In this document: positions 38,400 to 51,822 of the stretch, one piece after another
Position numbering within the stretch: position 1 is the stretch's first letter
Layout: every line of letters begins with the position of its first letter
Assembly (NCBI GenBank): GCA_951406725.2
Contig: OX597816.1
Span: 38,936,001 to 39,000,000, forward strand
Origin: Octopus vulgaris
Lineage: Eukaryota
Direction: 5' to 3'
DNA length: 64,000 nt
Translations under genes and position numbers: made by a program
The notes under the pieces: model-generated
Database searches by the model: none
What the model saw: only the letters and a program-made list of their open reading frames with translations
What the model was told of the DNA's origin: nothing

Positions 38400-38945
38400 A
38401 GGTGGCTTGATGCTGCTTTTTCTTTTGGACATAAACTGCTATTCTCCTTTCAGAACTGTCACTTGGTACAATATCTTCCACTCAAAAATAATGTATGCCA
38501 GCCGTTTACTTCCATCACTAGTGACAGCTGTCTTCATTGTAAAACAAGTCTTCTTGCTAGCGGTCTTGATAGTGACTTTTTCCAGACTCTTGGAGTCGAA
38601 TGTCTTTAGGTAGGGCTTATGAAAGATCAACATAATTTGATCTACATTTTCAAGTGGTTGGCGTTAGGAAGGGCATCCAGCTGTAGAAACTCTGCCAGAT
38701 CAGACTGGAGCCTGGTGCAGCCCCTGGCTTCCCAGACCCCGGTCGAACCGTCCAACCCGTGCTAGCGCGGAAAACAGACGTTAAACAATGATGATGATGA
38801 TGTTGATGATCGGTTAACAGAATCTGATCTAGATTAAACTGCGATGATAAGTCAGATTCCATGGTTTCCTGTCATGTCATAATGAAACATTAAAATTCCT
38901 GTAAATTTTGCCTTCAGAATCCGCAGGCAGTTTCTCTGCTATGTA
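38400..38945 (-). pseudogene. pogo-family (POGK-like) transposase remnant interrupted by an RTE-tail element (38653-38810)
   Basis: Minus: YIAEKLPADSEGKI..DLSSQFNLDQ and KTFDSKSLEKVTIKTASKKTCFTMKTAVTSDGSKRLAYIIFEWK resemble pogo QKLP....N.DET and KTV..KG.K.V..KTTG.EK..FTV.L...ADG.KL.P.IIFK. Confidence 0.65.
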
Positions 38946-41112
38946 AGTCTGGAGGAACCAAGAATTCAATCTTTCTATAGAGTATTGATTCTACATACCA
39001 CTGACCTTGAAACTGTTAACCTTTGGTCCCACCCCTAGTAACCCACTGTTTGTATCCTCTCTAATGCGCACCTTCTTGTACCTTAAGAGTTCGCTCTGGC
39101 AACTCACCACCATGATCTTTATCTTCTTTCCAGCTACTCCTACCCACCCTTATATAATGCAGGGTAGCCATGTATCTCCTCTATAGCAAGACACCTGTGC
39201 TTGTCCCTCTATCTTACTTTAGCCTCTCAACACCAAGCATAAAACCACCTCTCTCTCTTACATACTATCCCCACTTAGTTGAGGAGGCTTTTTCTATGCT
39301 GTAGTTTAGTTAAAAATTAAATTCTGTTCTGAGTTGGTAACTCAGTAAGTAGACTTGTAGTTTTCATAATCAACTCATTACCACTGATTTACAGATGGGG
39401 TTAAGATAATGACAAACATTAGTATTTTGATGGATGATTATCAATTCCCACCTATGTACAACTATCACAGACACTATTAAGAAGCTTGCTTCCCAACCGT
39501 ATGGTCTTGGGTTTGGTCCCACTACACAGCACCTTGGGCAAGTATTTTCTACTATAGCCCCTGGCCAGCCAAAGCCTTGTAAGTGGCTTTGGTAGACAAA
39601 AACTGAACAAAGCCTGTCACACACACACGCACGTACGCATGCATGCATGCACGCATGTGCAGTTCATATGTACAGAAAACAAAAGACAGAGACAAGTGAG
39701 GGAACAACAAGCAGGTATATTAGTTTGATGCTCAGGAAAAATGGATAAGTCTTTGGTGTTTTGAGCCTACACTCTACTACAGAAAGGGGTGAGAAGAAAA
39801 AATGGATTGAGGGAGAGAGAGAAAATGTGCGTGTGTGTGTGTGTATCCTTGTCTTGACACTGTGTGATGATTGTACATGATCACCATCCTCTCATACAAG
39901 CAGTATTTTTCATTTCCAGTCTTTCGTGAAAAACCATAGGGGTATTACTTTGTTTGGAATCAGTTGATGATTGATGACAGGAAGGACATTCAGCCATAGA
40001 AAATCTGTCAGAGCTAATTCCACTTGACTCATGCAAGCATGGAAAAATGGACTTCAGATGAGGATGATTATTATTAAAATATAGATAGCCTTAACTTAGA
40101 AAGGAAATTTGGCATTAAAATTCAAATTTGGTAAAGGAATATTTATGGTAATCAAACCGCCACTTTTGAGCAAAATTGCATATATCCTTAGTTTCATTGC
40201 AGCCAAGAAGAATAACCTTTCACCATTGAAAATAATAAATAAATAATAATAAACCAATATATTGATTCCATATGGAAATTATGCACAAGCAGATTTTCAG
40301 CTGAAAACTGTGATGTCAGTGGTGGCATTGTTGGTAAGCGTGGTTGTGGTGGGAACCTATGGATGATACCTAACATAAAATCTAATGAACAAATCGCATA
40401 TATATATATATGTGTGTGTGTTAATGTTATATATAATACAACATTGCCAAATATATTGATAAATGCAATTATACTTCAAACTACAGAATTCACTTGCTAA
40501 CACATTTCTTTACCCAATTTTGGTATTTGCCCAAAATTACTATACAGTATGACTAAACATAGTTTAACATAGGTTGTTTATTTGCTCAACTGCTAAGTTC
40601 TGCTGTTCACAGTATTAATTCCAATGTGCATGTTTTTAAATTTTAGATCCAGCTAGAATGCATTTCTTTGCTTATCCTTTCATGATCAATAAGTACTCCT
40701 AAAATATAGTGCTTTGTGGTAATAATTATTTTCAGATTATTCAGACTCTTAGAACATGTTCCACTAGAATGGTGCAGTATTCTAAGAGTTTCTCTCTTCA
40801 ATAAAATTTCCAGCCATAGCTGCTTCTCATCCTTCAAGGGTAAATAAAATGAAGTACTAGTCAAATAGCATGGTTGATTTAACAGACTAACCCCTACTCT
40901 GCAGAATTATGAGCCTTGTACTTCTTGTGCTTAAATAAGAAATTATTATTAGAGCTGTAAAACGGAACAAGCCAGTAGAATTATTACTGCACCGAACAAC
41001 ATGCTCGGCAGCATTTCTTCTAACTCTTTACATTCTGAGTTCAAATGCTGCCAAAATCAACTTTGCCTTTCATCCTTTCTGGGACAATAAATTAAGTACC
41101 AGTTGAACACTA

Positions 41113-41650
41113 AGACTGGCATAGCAGCACCATAGTCAGCTGCTACAAAGGTAAAGGTGATGCTTTAGATAGAAATAACTACAGGGATATCAAACTGCTG
41201 GATCAGGTGATGAAGGTCACAGAGAGGGTCATAGCCCAACTAATTAGCGAGAGAGTCTGCTGAGATGAGATGCAGTTCAGTTTTGTGCCAGGTAGAAGCA
41301 CCACTGATGCCATATTCCTGGTACGGCAACTGCAGGAGAAATACCTAGTCAGAGATAAACCCCTATATTTGGCTTTTGTGGACTTGGAGAAAGCCTTTGA
41401 CAGGGTCCTCTAATCCTTTATCTGGTGGGTGATGTGGAAACTGGGGATTGACGAATGGTTAATAAGGGCTGTACAGGCCCTATATAGAGATGTTGTTAGT
41501 AGGGTTAGGATTGGAAATGAGTATAGTGAAGAATCCCGAGTAGAAGTAGGGGTCCACCAAGGATCAGCCCTCAGCCCCCTCTTATTCATCATAGTCCTTC
41601 AGGCAATAACAGAGGAATTCAAGATAGGTTGCCCCTGGGAGCTCCTCTAG
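41113..41650 (+). pseudogene. RTE LINE reverse-transcriptase fragment
   Basis: YKGKGDAL.RNNYRDIKLL, EMQFSFVPGRSTTDAIF, AFVDLEKAFDRV, VGVHQGSALSPLLF; in-frame stops. Confidence 0.92.
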
Positions 41651-42002
41651 GTCAACAGAATCTGATCTACATGAAACTGCTATGATAAGTCAGACTCCAT
41701 GGTTTCCTGTCATGTCATAATGAAACATTAAAATTCCTGTAAATTTTGCCTTCAGAATCCACAGGCAGTTTCTCTGCTATGTATAAAAGTGTTGGGGTGG
41801 CAAAAGTCATTAAAATGTTGGATAAAATACCTTGTGGTATTCATTCCGGCTTTGTTTATTCTGGGTTGCAATCTCACTGAGGCCATCTTTGCATTTAGTC
41901 CTTTCATTGTTGATAAAATAAATACTAGGGCTAACCTCTCCTTCAACTAACCCCCTCACCTCCAAAGTGCTGGCTTTGTGCCTAAATCAGGAATCATTAT
42001 TA

Positions 42003-42036
<34 letters not shown>

Positions 42037-42705
42037 AGTGGTGAGCTGGCAGAATCGTTAGCATGCCATGCAAAATGCTTAGTAGCATTTCATCCTTCCT
42101 TACATTCTGAGTTCAAATTCTGCCAAGGTCGACTTTGCTTTCATCCTTTCAGGATCAATAAAGTAAATACCGGCTGAGTACTGAGGTCAGCGTAATTGAC
42201 TACCCCGCTCTCCCAAATTTCAGGCTTTGTGCCTGTAGTGGAAAGGATTATTATTACATTAAGGCCTTGTGCTAATAATAGAAGGAATTATTACTATTAG
42301 TAATAATTCCTTCTATTTGCTAGAGCTTTGGATTTGATGCATTGTGGTATTTGTTCCAGCTCTTTGCATTCAGAGTTCAAATCCTGCGGAGGTAACCTCT
42401 CCTTCATATTTCAGGTTTCATACCTATATCAGAAGCAATTATAACAACTATAGTGTGGCTGAGATAGTTTCTTTAATCTTTTACTTGTCATGGGACTGCA
42501 GCCATGCTAGGGTGCCACCTTGAAGGGTTCAGTCAGACAAATCCACCCCAGTACTTATTTTTCAAGCCTTTGTCTATTGGTCCCTTTTGGTGAACTGCTA
42601 AGTTACTGGGATGTAAACAACCCAACACTGGTTGTCAAGTGATGATTGGGGACAAACAGACACAAAGATCCATACCCATAAATATATATATATATACACA
42701 CACAC

Positions 42706-42947
42706 ACTGTTTTTGTTCTTAACTTTGACCCTCCATAAATCCAAAATTTCATTTTGGTACTTATTGGAGCAACTGTCTTCGAAGATACATACTGTTGTTC
42801 AGTGCTCTAAATGAGGAGTAGATAGACAGCCGACAACTGATGAAGGGTTGTTCTTTGTGTTACTTGTCCTGTTTTCCATCTGTCCCCGCGGTTGCTTATT
42901 AAACTCATTTGATTCCATATTTCCATTTCGTTGGTGACATCCTGTAC

Positions 42948-42952
<5 letters not shown>
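42706..42952 (+). mobile_element. Third copy of the gacatcctgtacccat-ended family
   Basis: ctttgaccctccataaatcc...agacagccgacaactgatgaaggg...ggtgacatcctgtacccat(at)n. Confidence 0.7.
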
Positions 42953-42991
<39 letters not shown>

Positions 42992-43267
42992 AAATGTTTT
43001 TTAAATTTTCTCCTGGTTTACTGAATTAACTTTTATTTGCGGTGGAAGCTTTGGCTGTTATTTCTAGTGGGTGAATGGCCTATTATGGCCGTTCCTTTAT
43101 TGTTGATGTTGAACTTAAAAATGGTCTATGACTATTTTAATTTTTTCCTACTAGGCCGCTGGTGGCAAAAGAATTCTACAAAATTTTTTTTGCCACCCTA
43201 TATTGATTAATATATATATATATGTATATATACATACACATACACACATATATACCTACCTACATAC

Positions 43268-43300
<33 letters not shown>

Positions 43301-43323
43301 TACATATATACCTACATACATAT

Positions 43324-43361
<38 letters not shown>

Positions 43362-43567
43362 CATCATTAGCTTATATATCCTAACAAAGCACACTGTAAA
43401 ACATTAGAGCAGTAATATTTGTTATAAGAAGTCAAAATTTATGCCCAGTCACTCTATGACTAGTCATGACTTGCTAAAAAACATATATAAATATGAGTAA
43501 GCACATAAATGCAAAACAAGGCAGAAAGAATAGTACTCAAATACCAAATGTAGAGTAATATGGTTTT

Positions 43568-43761
43568 CTTTTTATTCAAGCTGCAAAAATATCATTAAAA
43601 AAAAACTTACTCAGTTTCGCATTCCTGTTCTTTGGACAGTTGTATTTAAGACTGGAATATTTTTATTCCAGTCTTGATCACAACCGTCTGATGAACATGA
43701 AACTCTGAGTAATAGTTTTTTTGTTTTTTTTTTGTGATGTTTTTGCAGCTTAAATAAAAAA
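43568..43761 (+). mobile_element. Foldback element with eroded hammerhead core
   Basis: ttttattcaagctgcaaaaa..aagactggaata / tattccagtctt..tttttgcagcttaaataaaa. CTGATGA-acat-GAAAC at 43688-43703. Confidence 0.55.
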
Positions 43762-43774
43762 GTATGTATGTGCG

Positions 43775-44543
43775 TCATCATCATCATCATCATCATCGTT
43801 TAGCGTCCGTTTTCCATGCTAGCATGGGTTGGACGGTTCTACTGGGGTCTGTGAAGCCAGAAGGCTTCATCAGGCCCAGTCAAATCTGGCAGTGTTTCTA
43901 CGGCTGGATGCCCTTCCTAACGCCAACCACTCCGTGAGTGTAGTGGGTGCTTTTTACGTGCCACCCGCACTGGTGCCAGACAGAGCTGGCAAACGGCCAC
44001 GAACGGATGGTGCATTTTATGTGCCACCGGCACGAGGGCCAGGCGAGGCTGGCAACGGACACGAAACGGGGCGGTGCTAGCAACGGTCGCGAAACGGAAA
44101 GTTCTCTTACATGCCACCGGCACTGGTAACACATCTGCAATTTCCATTGATCGATTTCGATTCTGATCCTCACTTGCCTCAACGGGTCTTCACAAGCAGA
44201 GTTTTGACATGCCACCGGCACTGGTAGCACATCCGCAATTTCCATTGATCGATTTCGATTCTGATTTCGATTCTGTGTGTGTGTATATATATATATGTGC
44301 CGGTGGCATGTAAAAAGCACCATCCGTTCATGGCCGTTGCCAGCCTCGCCTGGCCCCTGTGCCGGTGGCACGTAAAAAGCACCCACTACACTCACAGAGT
44401 GGTTGGTGTTAGGAAGGGCATCCAGCCGTAGAAACATTGCCAGATCAGACTGGGCCTGGTGCAGCCTGCTGGCTTCCCAGACCCTAGTTGAACCGTCCAA
44501 CCCATGCTAGCATGGAAAGCGAACGCTAAACGATGATGATGAT
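43775..44543. mobile_element. Two RTE 3'-end copies in inverted orientation
   Basis: (cat)n..tail (minus) at 43775-44270 and tail..(gat)n (plus) at 44296-44543; arms ~200 bp, highly similar. Confidence 0.85.
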
Positions 44544-45327
44544 ATATATATATATATATATACACACACATGCATACATGATGAATTTCTTTCAGTTTCC
44601 ATCTACCAAATCCATTCACAAGTCTTTGATCAGCTTGGGGCTATAAGCAGAAGACATATGCCCAATGTATTGCACAGTGGGATTGAACCTGAGACCACAT
44701 GGTTGGGAAGCAAGCTGCTTTCTTACATAGTCAGTCACACCATTAATTCCATCTCTCCTTATTCTGAATTGAAAATAGCTTTCCATACCTTTAGACTAGG
44801 TTCAATAAGTAAAAATAGCAGTCATTCTATTAAGACCTATTGAATTTAGTTTACCTTTGCTCTATAAATACCTGGTATTGTACTGATGTGATAAATCACT
44901 GTTGGTGATGTTACATAAAGGTTTGCTTCAACATTATATTCTTTCATGCACCTATACCTGTATACCATTATGTTCTTTCATGCACCTATACTTACTATAC
45001 CTGTTTTGTGATCTTGTCTGACCTGGTTGGCTCATTACATGTATAGAGATGTATAGCTATGATTACATACATACATATATGTGTGTCTGAATGTTTATAC
45101 TCTTTCTACACTATATATATATGTATTATTTCTACACTATATATACACTGTTGTAGCTTGCACTTGTAACCCGTAGCAACATGGAAAAAATAAGCATTAA
45201 GACAACAAAGATACCAATACCAAATTTTGTATTTGTGTGTATATATATATATACATACATATATATACATCTGTTTGTTTTGTACACCACCTGTCTTCGT
45301 CTTTTGTTTTTTTTCATAAACTTTCCC

Positions 45328-45367
<40 letters not shown>

Positions 45368-45466
45368 TATGTCTTGGCTAGACTCTTTGTAAGTTCTTAT
45401 GAAGCAATTTTGAGTTTTACACACATAAAAATGTGTTTAACCATATTGTTTATAACATTGTGTGTG

Positions 45467-45501
<35 letters not shown>

Positions 45502-46327
45502 GGTGTTCATGTGTGTCTGTCAGCTATGTGTGTTTGTGTGTGTGCATATATATGTGTATACACATACACACACACACACACACACATACACAAAAGGGTG
45601 CATAAATACATATTAGATGTACATATATGCATGTTTTATACACTTGCATGTACACTTTTGTACCTGCATAAATATATTCATACATACACAAAGTTGGACG
45701 TAAGCAAAAATATCATCATTCACTTAAGTATAGGCTTCTAACAAATCTTGAGCAGCTGTTAACAAAACAACAATACTATTGTCAAGGTTTCCTTGTTCAG
45801 ACAAAAGCAGTAAACTACTATTGTTACTACACACATGCACATATATATATATATCTCATTATCATCATCATTGTTTCAATGTCTGCATTTCCATGCTTGC
45901 GTGGGTCAAATATGATTTGTTGAAGCAGAATTTCTACAGCTGAATTCCCTTCCTGTTGCCAAGCCTAAGTAAGTAATATTTCTCCATGGCTAGATAATCT
46001 TTCATCAAAGAATGGAAACATAGGACACCATTTGCTTGGTAATGGCACTTATTTACAACCATTGTGCAAAATCAAAGCAGGGAGAAAGTAACACACACAC
46101 ATGCACACACACACACAACATATACATATGGCCCCAGCCTTTGGCTGAAACCAGTAGCAGAATGCATGATTGGTCTTCTTTCAGTTTCTCTCTACCAAAT
46201 CCACTCACAATACTTTGCTCAGCCTGAGGTTATAGTAGAAGACACTTAACTAAGGTGCCATGCAGGGTGATTGAACCTGAAACCATGTGGTTAGACATCA
46301 ATCCTCTTACCACAACCATGCCTGCAC

Positions 46328-46381
<54 letters not shown>

Positions 46382-46511
46382 CACACAATTCTAATATACA
46401 GATAAAATTTTATTAAAAATCTTATCAGTGGCCAGCTTATGGAAAATACCTTTTAAGGTGAAATTTTAGATTTTATAATCATATATACACACACACACAC
46501 ATATGGAAATG

Positions 46512-46557
<46 letters not shown>

Positions 46558-46958
46558 AAGATCTTTGCTTGAATCTGGTAATTCATTCATTTCCATTTTT
46601 TCCAGTAGCACACAATAACAGCTATGACATATATAACTATTTTAATATTACGTCCTATTTTAGGACATATGATACAGTGTCCAATCAGTTTTGGAAACAA
46701 TTTTCTTTGATTCTGAATTGAAATTCTGCTAATATTGAGTGTAGTTTTCATCCATCCTGTTTCAATCAAATAAATACTTGTCAACTATACACTGACTATA
46801 CACTCTCTCAAAAGTGTTTTTTGTTCCTATGTTAGAAATCAGTCATAGAGAAAATGTTTCTAGGATGTCTTATAGGTACATGTGTGGTTGAGAAGCTTGT
46901 TTTCCAACTATGTGGTCTTGGAGGTCAGTCTCACTGCATAGCACCTTGACTTCTATTA

Positions 46959-47166
46959 TGAGGGGGTGCTAGAAAGTTCCTGGCTTTAAGGGTATCGCGA
47001 AAGGCCTGAATGTGGGCCCGACCTTCCGAGTTCTTTTACAGGGCTTAGAAAAACTGGAGGGCTACTGCAATAAGTGTGTGAATCTGAGAGGGGAACATAT
47101 TGAATAAATCATAATTAACTGATCCTCGTATATTTTCTTTAACTCAAAGCCAGGAACTTTTCAGCA
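46959..47166 (+). mobile_element. Mariner-derived MITE nested in an OK-like SINE
   Basis: TA-tgagggggtgctagaaagttcctggcttt / aaagccaggaacttttcagca. Retains transposase C-terminus FLQGLEKLEGYCNKCVNLRGEHIE*. The SINE resumes after the insertion. Confidence 0.75.
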
Positions 47167-47714
47167 TATAGCTGTAGGCCAACCAAAGCCTTGTGAATGA
47201 ATTTAGTTGATGGAGTCTAATAGAAGCTTGTTGTCTATCTATTGAGCTGGCAGAATGCTTAGAGGTATTTCGTCTGTCGTTATGTTCTGAGTTCAAATTC
47301 CGCCGAGGTCGACTTTGTCTTTCATCCTTTCGGGGTCAATAAATTAAGTACCAGTTACGCACTGGGGTCGATGTAATCGACTTAATCCCTTTGTCTGTCC
47401 TTGTTTGTTCCCTCTATGTTTAGCTCCTTGTGGGTAGTAAAGAAATATATATGTATTGTGTTTGTGTTTGTATATGTGTGTACCCGTGTCTGGATATCAT
47501 GGGATGGTTGTAAATAAGACTCAACATCATATAAGCAAGGTCATCTGTGGAAAGCTTGTATAGCTTTGGAAGCAGGTGAGGGTTAATGACAGGAAGGGTA
47601 TCTGGCTATAAAAAATCTGCCTCTAAGGGGAACAAATTCTTCCTGACCCATGCAAACATGGAAATGTGGATATTAATCCTTTAGCATTCACATTGTTCTA
47701 TTAAAAATAATGTA

Positions 47715-48045
47715 AAAGGTAATGACTGCCTTTGGTCATAAATGGCCATGAGATTACGCCTGGAAAGTAGGCCCCTGAGGCACAAATTTGGACAAGGTTG
47801 TTTGTGGAAGACCAGCAGTGGAAGCCTCCCTTTTCCATGTCAAAAATGTTATCCAAGGGAAAGGCAAATGTCAATACAGCTTAGCACCATTGATGTTGCA
47901 ACACATTTCTACAGATGAGTGAACTGGAGCAACGTGAAATAAAGTGTCTTGCTCAAGAACACAACACACAGCTCAGTCCAAGAATCAAACTCACTACCTC
48001 ATAATTGCGAGCCTGATGCTCTGACCATTGAGCCATGTGCCTTCA
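47715..48045 (-). mobile_element. Old tRNA-headed SINE inside a piggyBac MITE
   Basis: Minus head tgaaggcacatggctcaatggtcagagc..gagtttgattc; core cttgagcaagacacttta. Confidence 0.65.
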
Positions 48046-48779
48046 CCATCAAAAGTAATGCTTATTTATTCACATTGTTTTGAACTTATCCTGCATTATC
48101 TTGTAGCTTTGAGATTTTGATCAGTTAACTGATAGTGAATGATATTGTAGGGTTGGTGAGAGAGGCCAGATCTGGCCAGTTTGAACATAAAACAAGTAGA
48201 ATATTATGGCCAGATATAGCCGGTTTAAATGCTAAATAGTTAAATAATGATAATGAAGATGTCTTCTGCATAGGTTTGTTTATGTCTGTCTTGAGGCTTT
48301 AGCTAAAGCTTATCCTCATTTCTGTGGTGTTTAACCCTCTAGCATTCAGATTTCACTATCAAATGTAATACTTGTTTCTTGACATTGATTTGAATTAGAA
48401 ATGCATTATTTTGTTGCTCTGAGATTTTGATAATGCAATTGTTTGTTTTTAGAATAACACTAGCAGAAATACACAGCGTTGCCCAGGTTAAAGAAATAAG
48501 GAAATTTAAAAACACCGTCTAGATTACATAGGTCTCAGCTACTAGTAGCTGAGATACCAACTTCCTACATTAATAACTCTCCAACCCATGCCAACATGGA
48601 ACATAGACGTTAAGGGAAATGTTGAAAGAAAGTTTTGAACACCTGTATGTATATAAAGTAAAGACACATAATTCAAAAATACATTCTGTCTAGCTTATTT
48701 CATAACCAAAAAACAGGTACAGATTATAAACAGTGAAATGCATATATGTACGTATATGTATATATATGTATTGATATAT

Positions 48780-48820
<41 letters not shown>

Positions 48821-50706
48821 AACTCCCCACATTTTTTCTCAGTTGTTTTTTTCATTCTCTCTCCATTTTTTTTTCTTAAACCTTTCTGTCAAAGAGCATA
48901 AGCTCAAAATGTTAAAGACTTTTCCATTTTTCCCTAGCGTTAAACTAATACACCTGCTTGTTGTTTCTACACTTATCTTTGTCTTTTGTTTTCTGTGAAT
49001 TTGGACTACACACACATACACACACACACACACAGCATTTGTGTTAGTGTATGTGCATATGTACTTTTGTGTGTCCTATTGTATCTCTCTATCAAAAAGT
49101 AACTTAGCATCATGATAAGTAGTCATTGATAAAATAAGTATCAGAAGTATCAGAGTTAAATACTTCCATTGGTATCCTCAATTGATATTGTTGAAATTAG
49201 TGCCATAACATGGCTTCCATCCAAAGACTGAAACAGGTAAAATCGGGAAAATGTAAATCTAAGTATATTGTAGGCCTGAAGAACATTTATTGATTAGTTC
49301 GTAACTCCACTTTGTTGGCATGAATCAACCAAAAAGAAAAAAAAAATCAATCATGCCTTTGATACTGTGTCTATCTAAAGCAACAGTCACCATCATCATC
49401 ATCATCATCATCATCCTCAAGTGGCTTTAATCGGGATGCTTTTCACCATGCCAAGAATTTATCTCCTGCCATTAGTTTTGCCACGTCTTCAATCTCATAT
49501 TAAGTAGTATGAATGCTTCTGAGTGGTCTTCGTTTTCTATCAAGATACAGATGTCTCCGAAATATTCCTTCTAATTTTGGCAGAAGGTCAGCTGTTTTGA
49601 GGAAAGGGGCAATCGATTACATCAACCCCATTGCTTGACTTGTACTTAATTTTATTGAGCCCAAAACGATGAAAAGCAAAGTTGACTTCAACAGAATTTG
49701 AACTCAGAATGCAAAGAGATTGAAGAAATGCCACTAAGCATTTTGTTTGATGTACTAATGAATCTGCTATCTCTCCACCTTAAATGTCTCCAAAATATAA
49801 CACCTGATATGGCACAGGCCAGCAAAGCCTATTTTACATTGATCAACAATAGTAAAGATGGGTAGAATATGTCCATAAATCTTCTCTTTGCTTTTGTACA
49901 CACACTGTCTTTCCTTTGCTATCTAACTACCTGTTCCTAGAATCCATGTAGGTAGATTAAAGCATTTAAATAGAGTATTCACACATACTGCTGAGAATTT
50001 GAACATTCGTTAACACCATGTCAGCTCTGTTATATCTGTTATTTATTTATATTTTGTATCAGATATTTTGTGAACAATAGTTTTTATTGGTTTCCAATGG
50101 TGTCATATTTCCAGTGAGCCAATAACTGGTTCTGAGTTATAAACAATTGTCTGTGCAACTCTGGATTAAATATCACAAATTTTTATTTTTGTTGAAACAC
50201 AAATTTGTCATTAGTTTGTTGCCAACAGATATATTTTTTACCAGTGTACACACAGTTAAAAATTAATGTCTTTATATGCATAAAAAGCACTGAACATTAA
50301 CTTAATAAAGGACTCAATGCAAACATTGAAACTGATATACTTAATAATTTTTATTAACAGTGACTACAAAGTTTTTGCTGGACTGCTTTTTCAAACAGTA
50401 TGAATAAGCCTCCAACACAACTTTGTCACTATTTATAAAATTTGTCTCATTGCTTGACACCTTAGGTAAGTGTCTTCTACTATAACCCCAAGCCAACAAA
50501 TACTTTGTGAGCAAATTTGGATGATGGAAGCTTGCCATGCGTTTGTGTACATGAAAGTTGATATCCCTCAGGTATGCTTGTAACTATTGCCTGAAAGAAA
50601 TAGTGAAATGAAACAGATAAAGGTTGGCACAGGAAGAGCATCTGGCTTATCTCCAGTAAGTTTTTATTCATCCTTTATAAGCATTGAAAAACAGATGAAT
50701 ATACAT

Positions 50707-50910
50707 AGTTAATCCAAACATGAAAGCACAAAAAAACACAACAACGTGAGGACGTGGAACAAATATAGTATTATTGGACGCTCAGGAAAGAAGGAGGGTT
50801 TAATGTTTCGAGCGGAGCTCTTCGTCGGAAACATAGAAGGAAAGATCCAGAGAAGGGAAGACAGAGGGAAAAAAATCGCCAACGGTACACACGCGGTCAC
50901 ATTTTGAATA
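50707..50910 (-). mobile_element. ~200-bp hammerhead-bearing element (4390 family)
   Basis: Minus: gttt-CCGACGA-A-GAGC-tcc-GCTC-GAAACATT-aaac (50832-50798). Confidence 0.7.
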
Positions 50911-51262
50911 TACATATATGTACATGAAGGCACAAGTGTGGCTGTGTAGCAAGAAGTTTGCTTCTCAACCACATGGTTCTGTGTGATGCTTTGGACAAGT
51001 GTCTTCTACTATAGCTAAGGGCCAACTTAAAACCTTGTGAGCGGATTTGGTAGACAGAAACTAAAAGAAGACGATTGTATATATTTGTGCAATGAGTGTA
51101 TGTGCATTTGTGTCTGTGTTTGTCCCCAATCAGTGTTGGTGTGTTTGCATCACCATAACTTAGAGGTTTAGCAAAAGTGACTCATAGAATAAGTTACAGG
51201 TTTTCAAAAAAAACAAAAAGTAAGTACTGGGATCAATTTCTTCAACTAAAATTCTTCAAGAC

Positions 51263-51654
51263 TGAGTGGCTGTGTGGTAAGTAGCTTGTTTACCAACCAC
51301 ATGGTTCCGGGTTCAGTCCCACTGTGTGGCACCTTGGGCAAGTTTCTTCTACTATAGCCTCGGGCCGACCAAAGCCTTGTGAGTGGATTTGGTAGACGGA
51401 AACTGAAAGAAGCCCGTCGTATATATGTATATATATATATGCGTGTATGTGTTTGTGTGTCTGTGTTTGTCCCCCTAGCATTGCTTGACAACCGATGCTG
51501 GTGTGTTTATGTCCCCGTTACTTAGCGGTTTGGCAAAAGAGACCGATAGAATAAGTACTGGGCTTACAAAAGAATAAGTCCCGGGATCGAGTTGCTCGAT
51601 TAAAGGCGGTGCTCCAGCATGGCCACAATGAAATGACTGAAACAAGTAAAAGAG
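51263..51654 (+). mobile_element. OK-like tRNA SINE following an older copy (50928-51260)
   Basis: Matches other copies. Confidence 0.9.
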
Positions 51655-51777
51655 TATACAAAGAAAACATACAAAGAAAAAGAAAAATATATGATGAGCT
51701 TCTCAGGTTTTTGTCCACTAAAATACACCTAACTACATATAACCCTCCCATACCTCCATTAACTTGTTAGCAAACAA

Positions 51778-51822
<45 letters not shown>

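Noticed and set aside
50062-50080. Possible next convertase exon (tatcAG ATA TTT = IF...)
   Set aside because: Stop after five codons; no YHF/KR motif.
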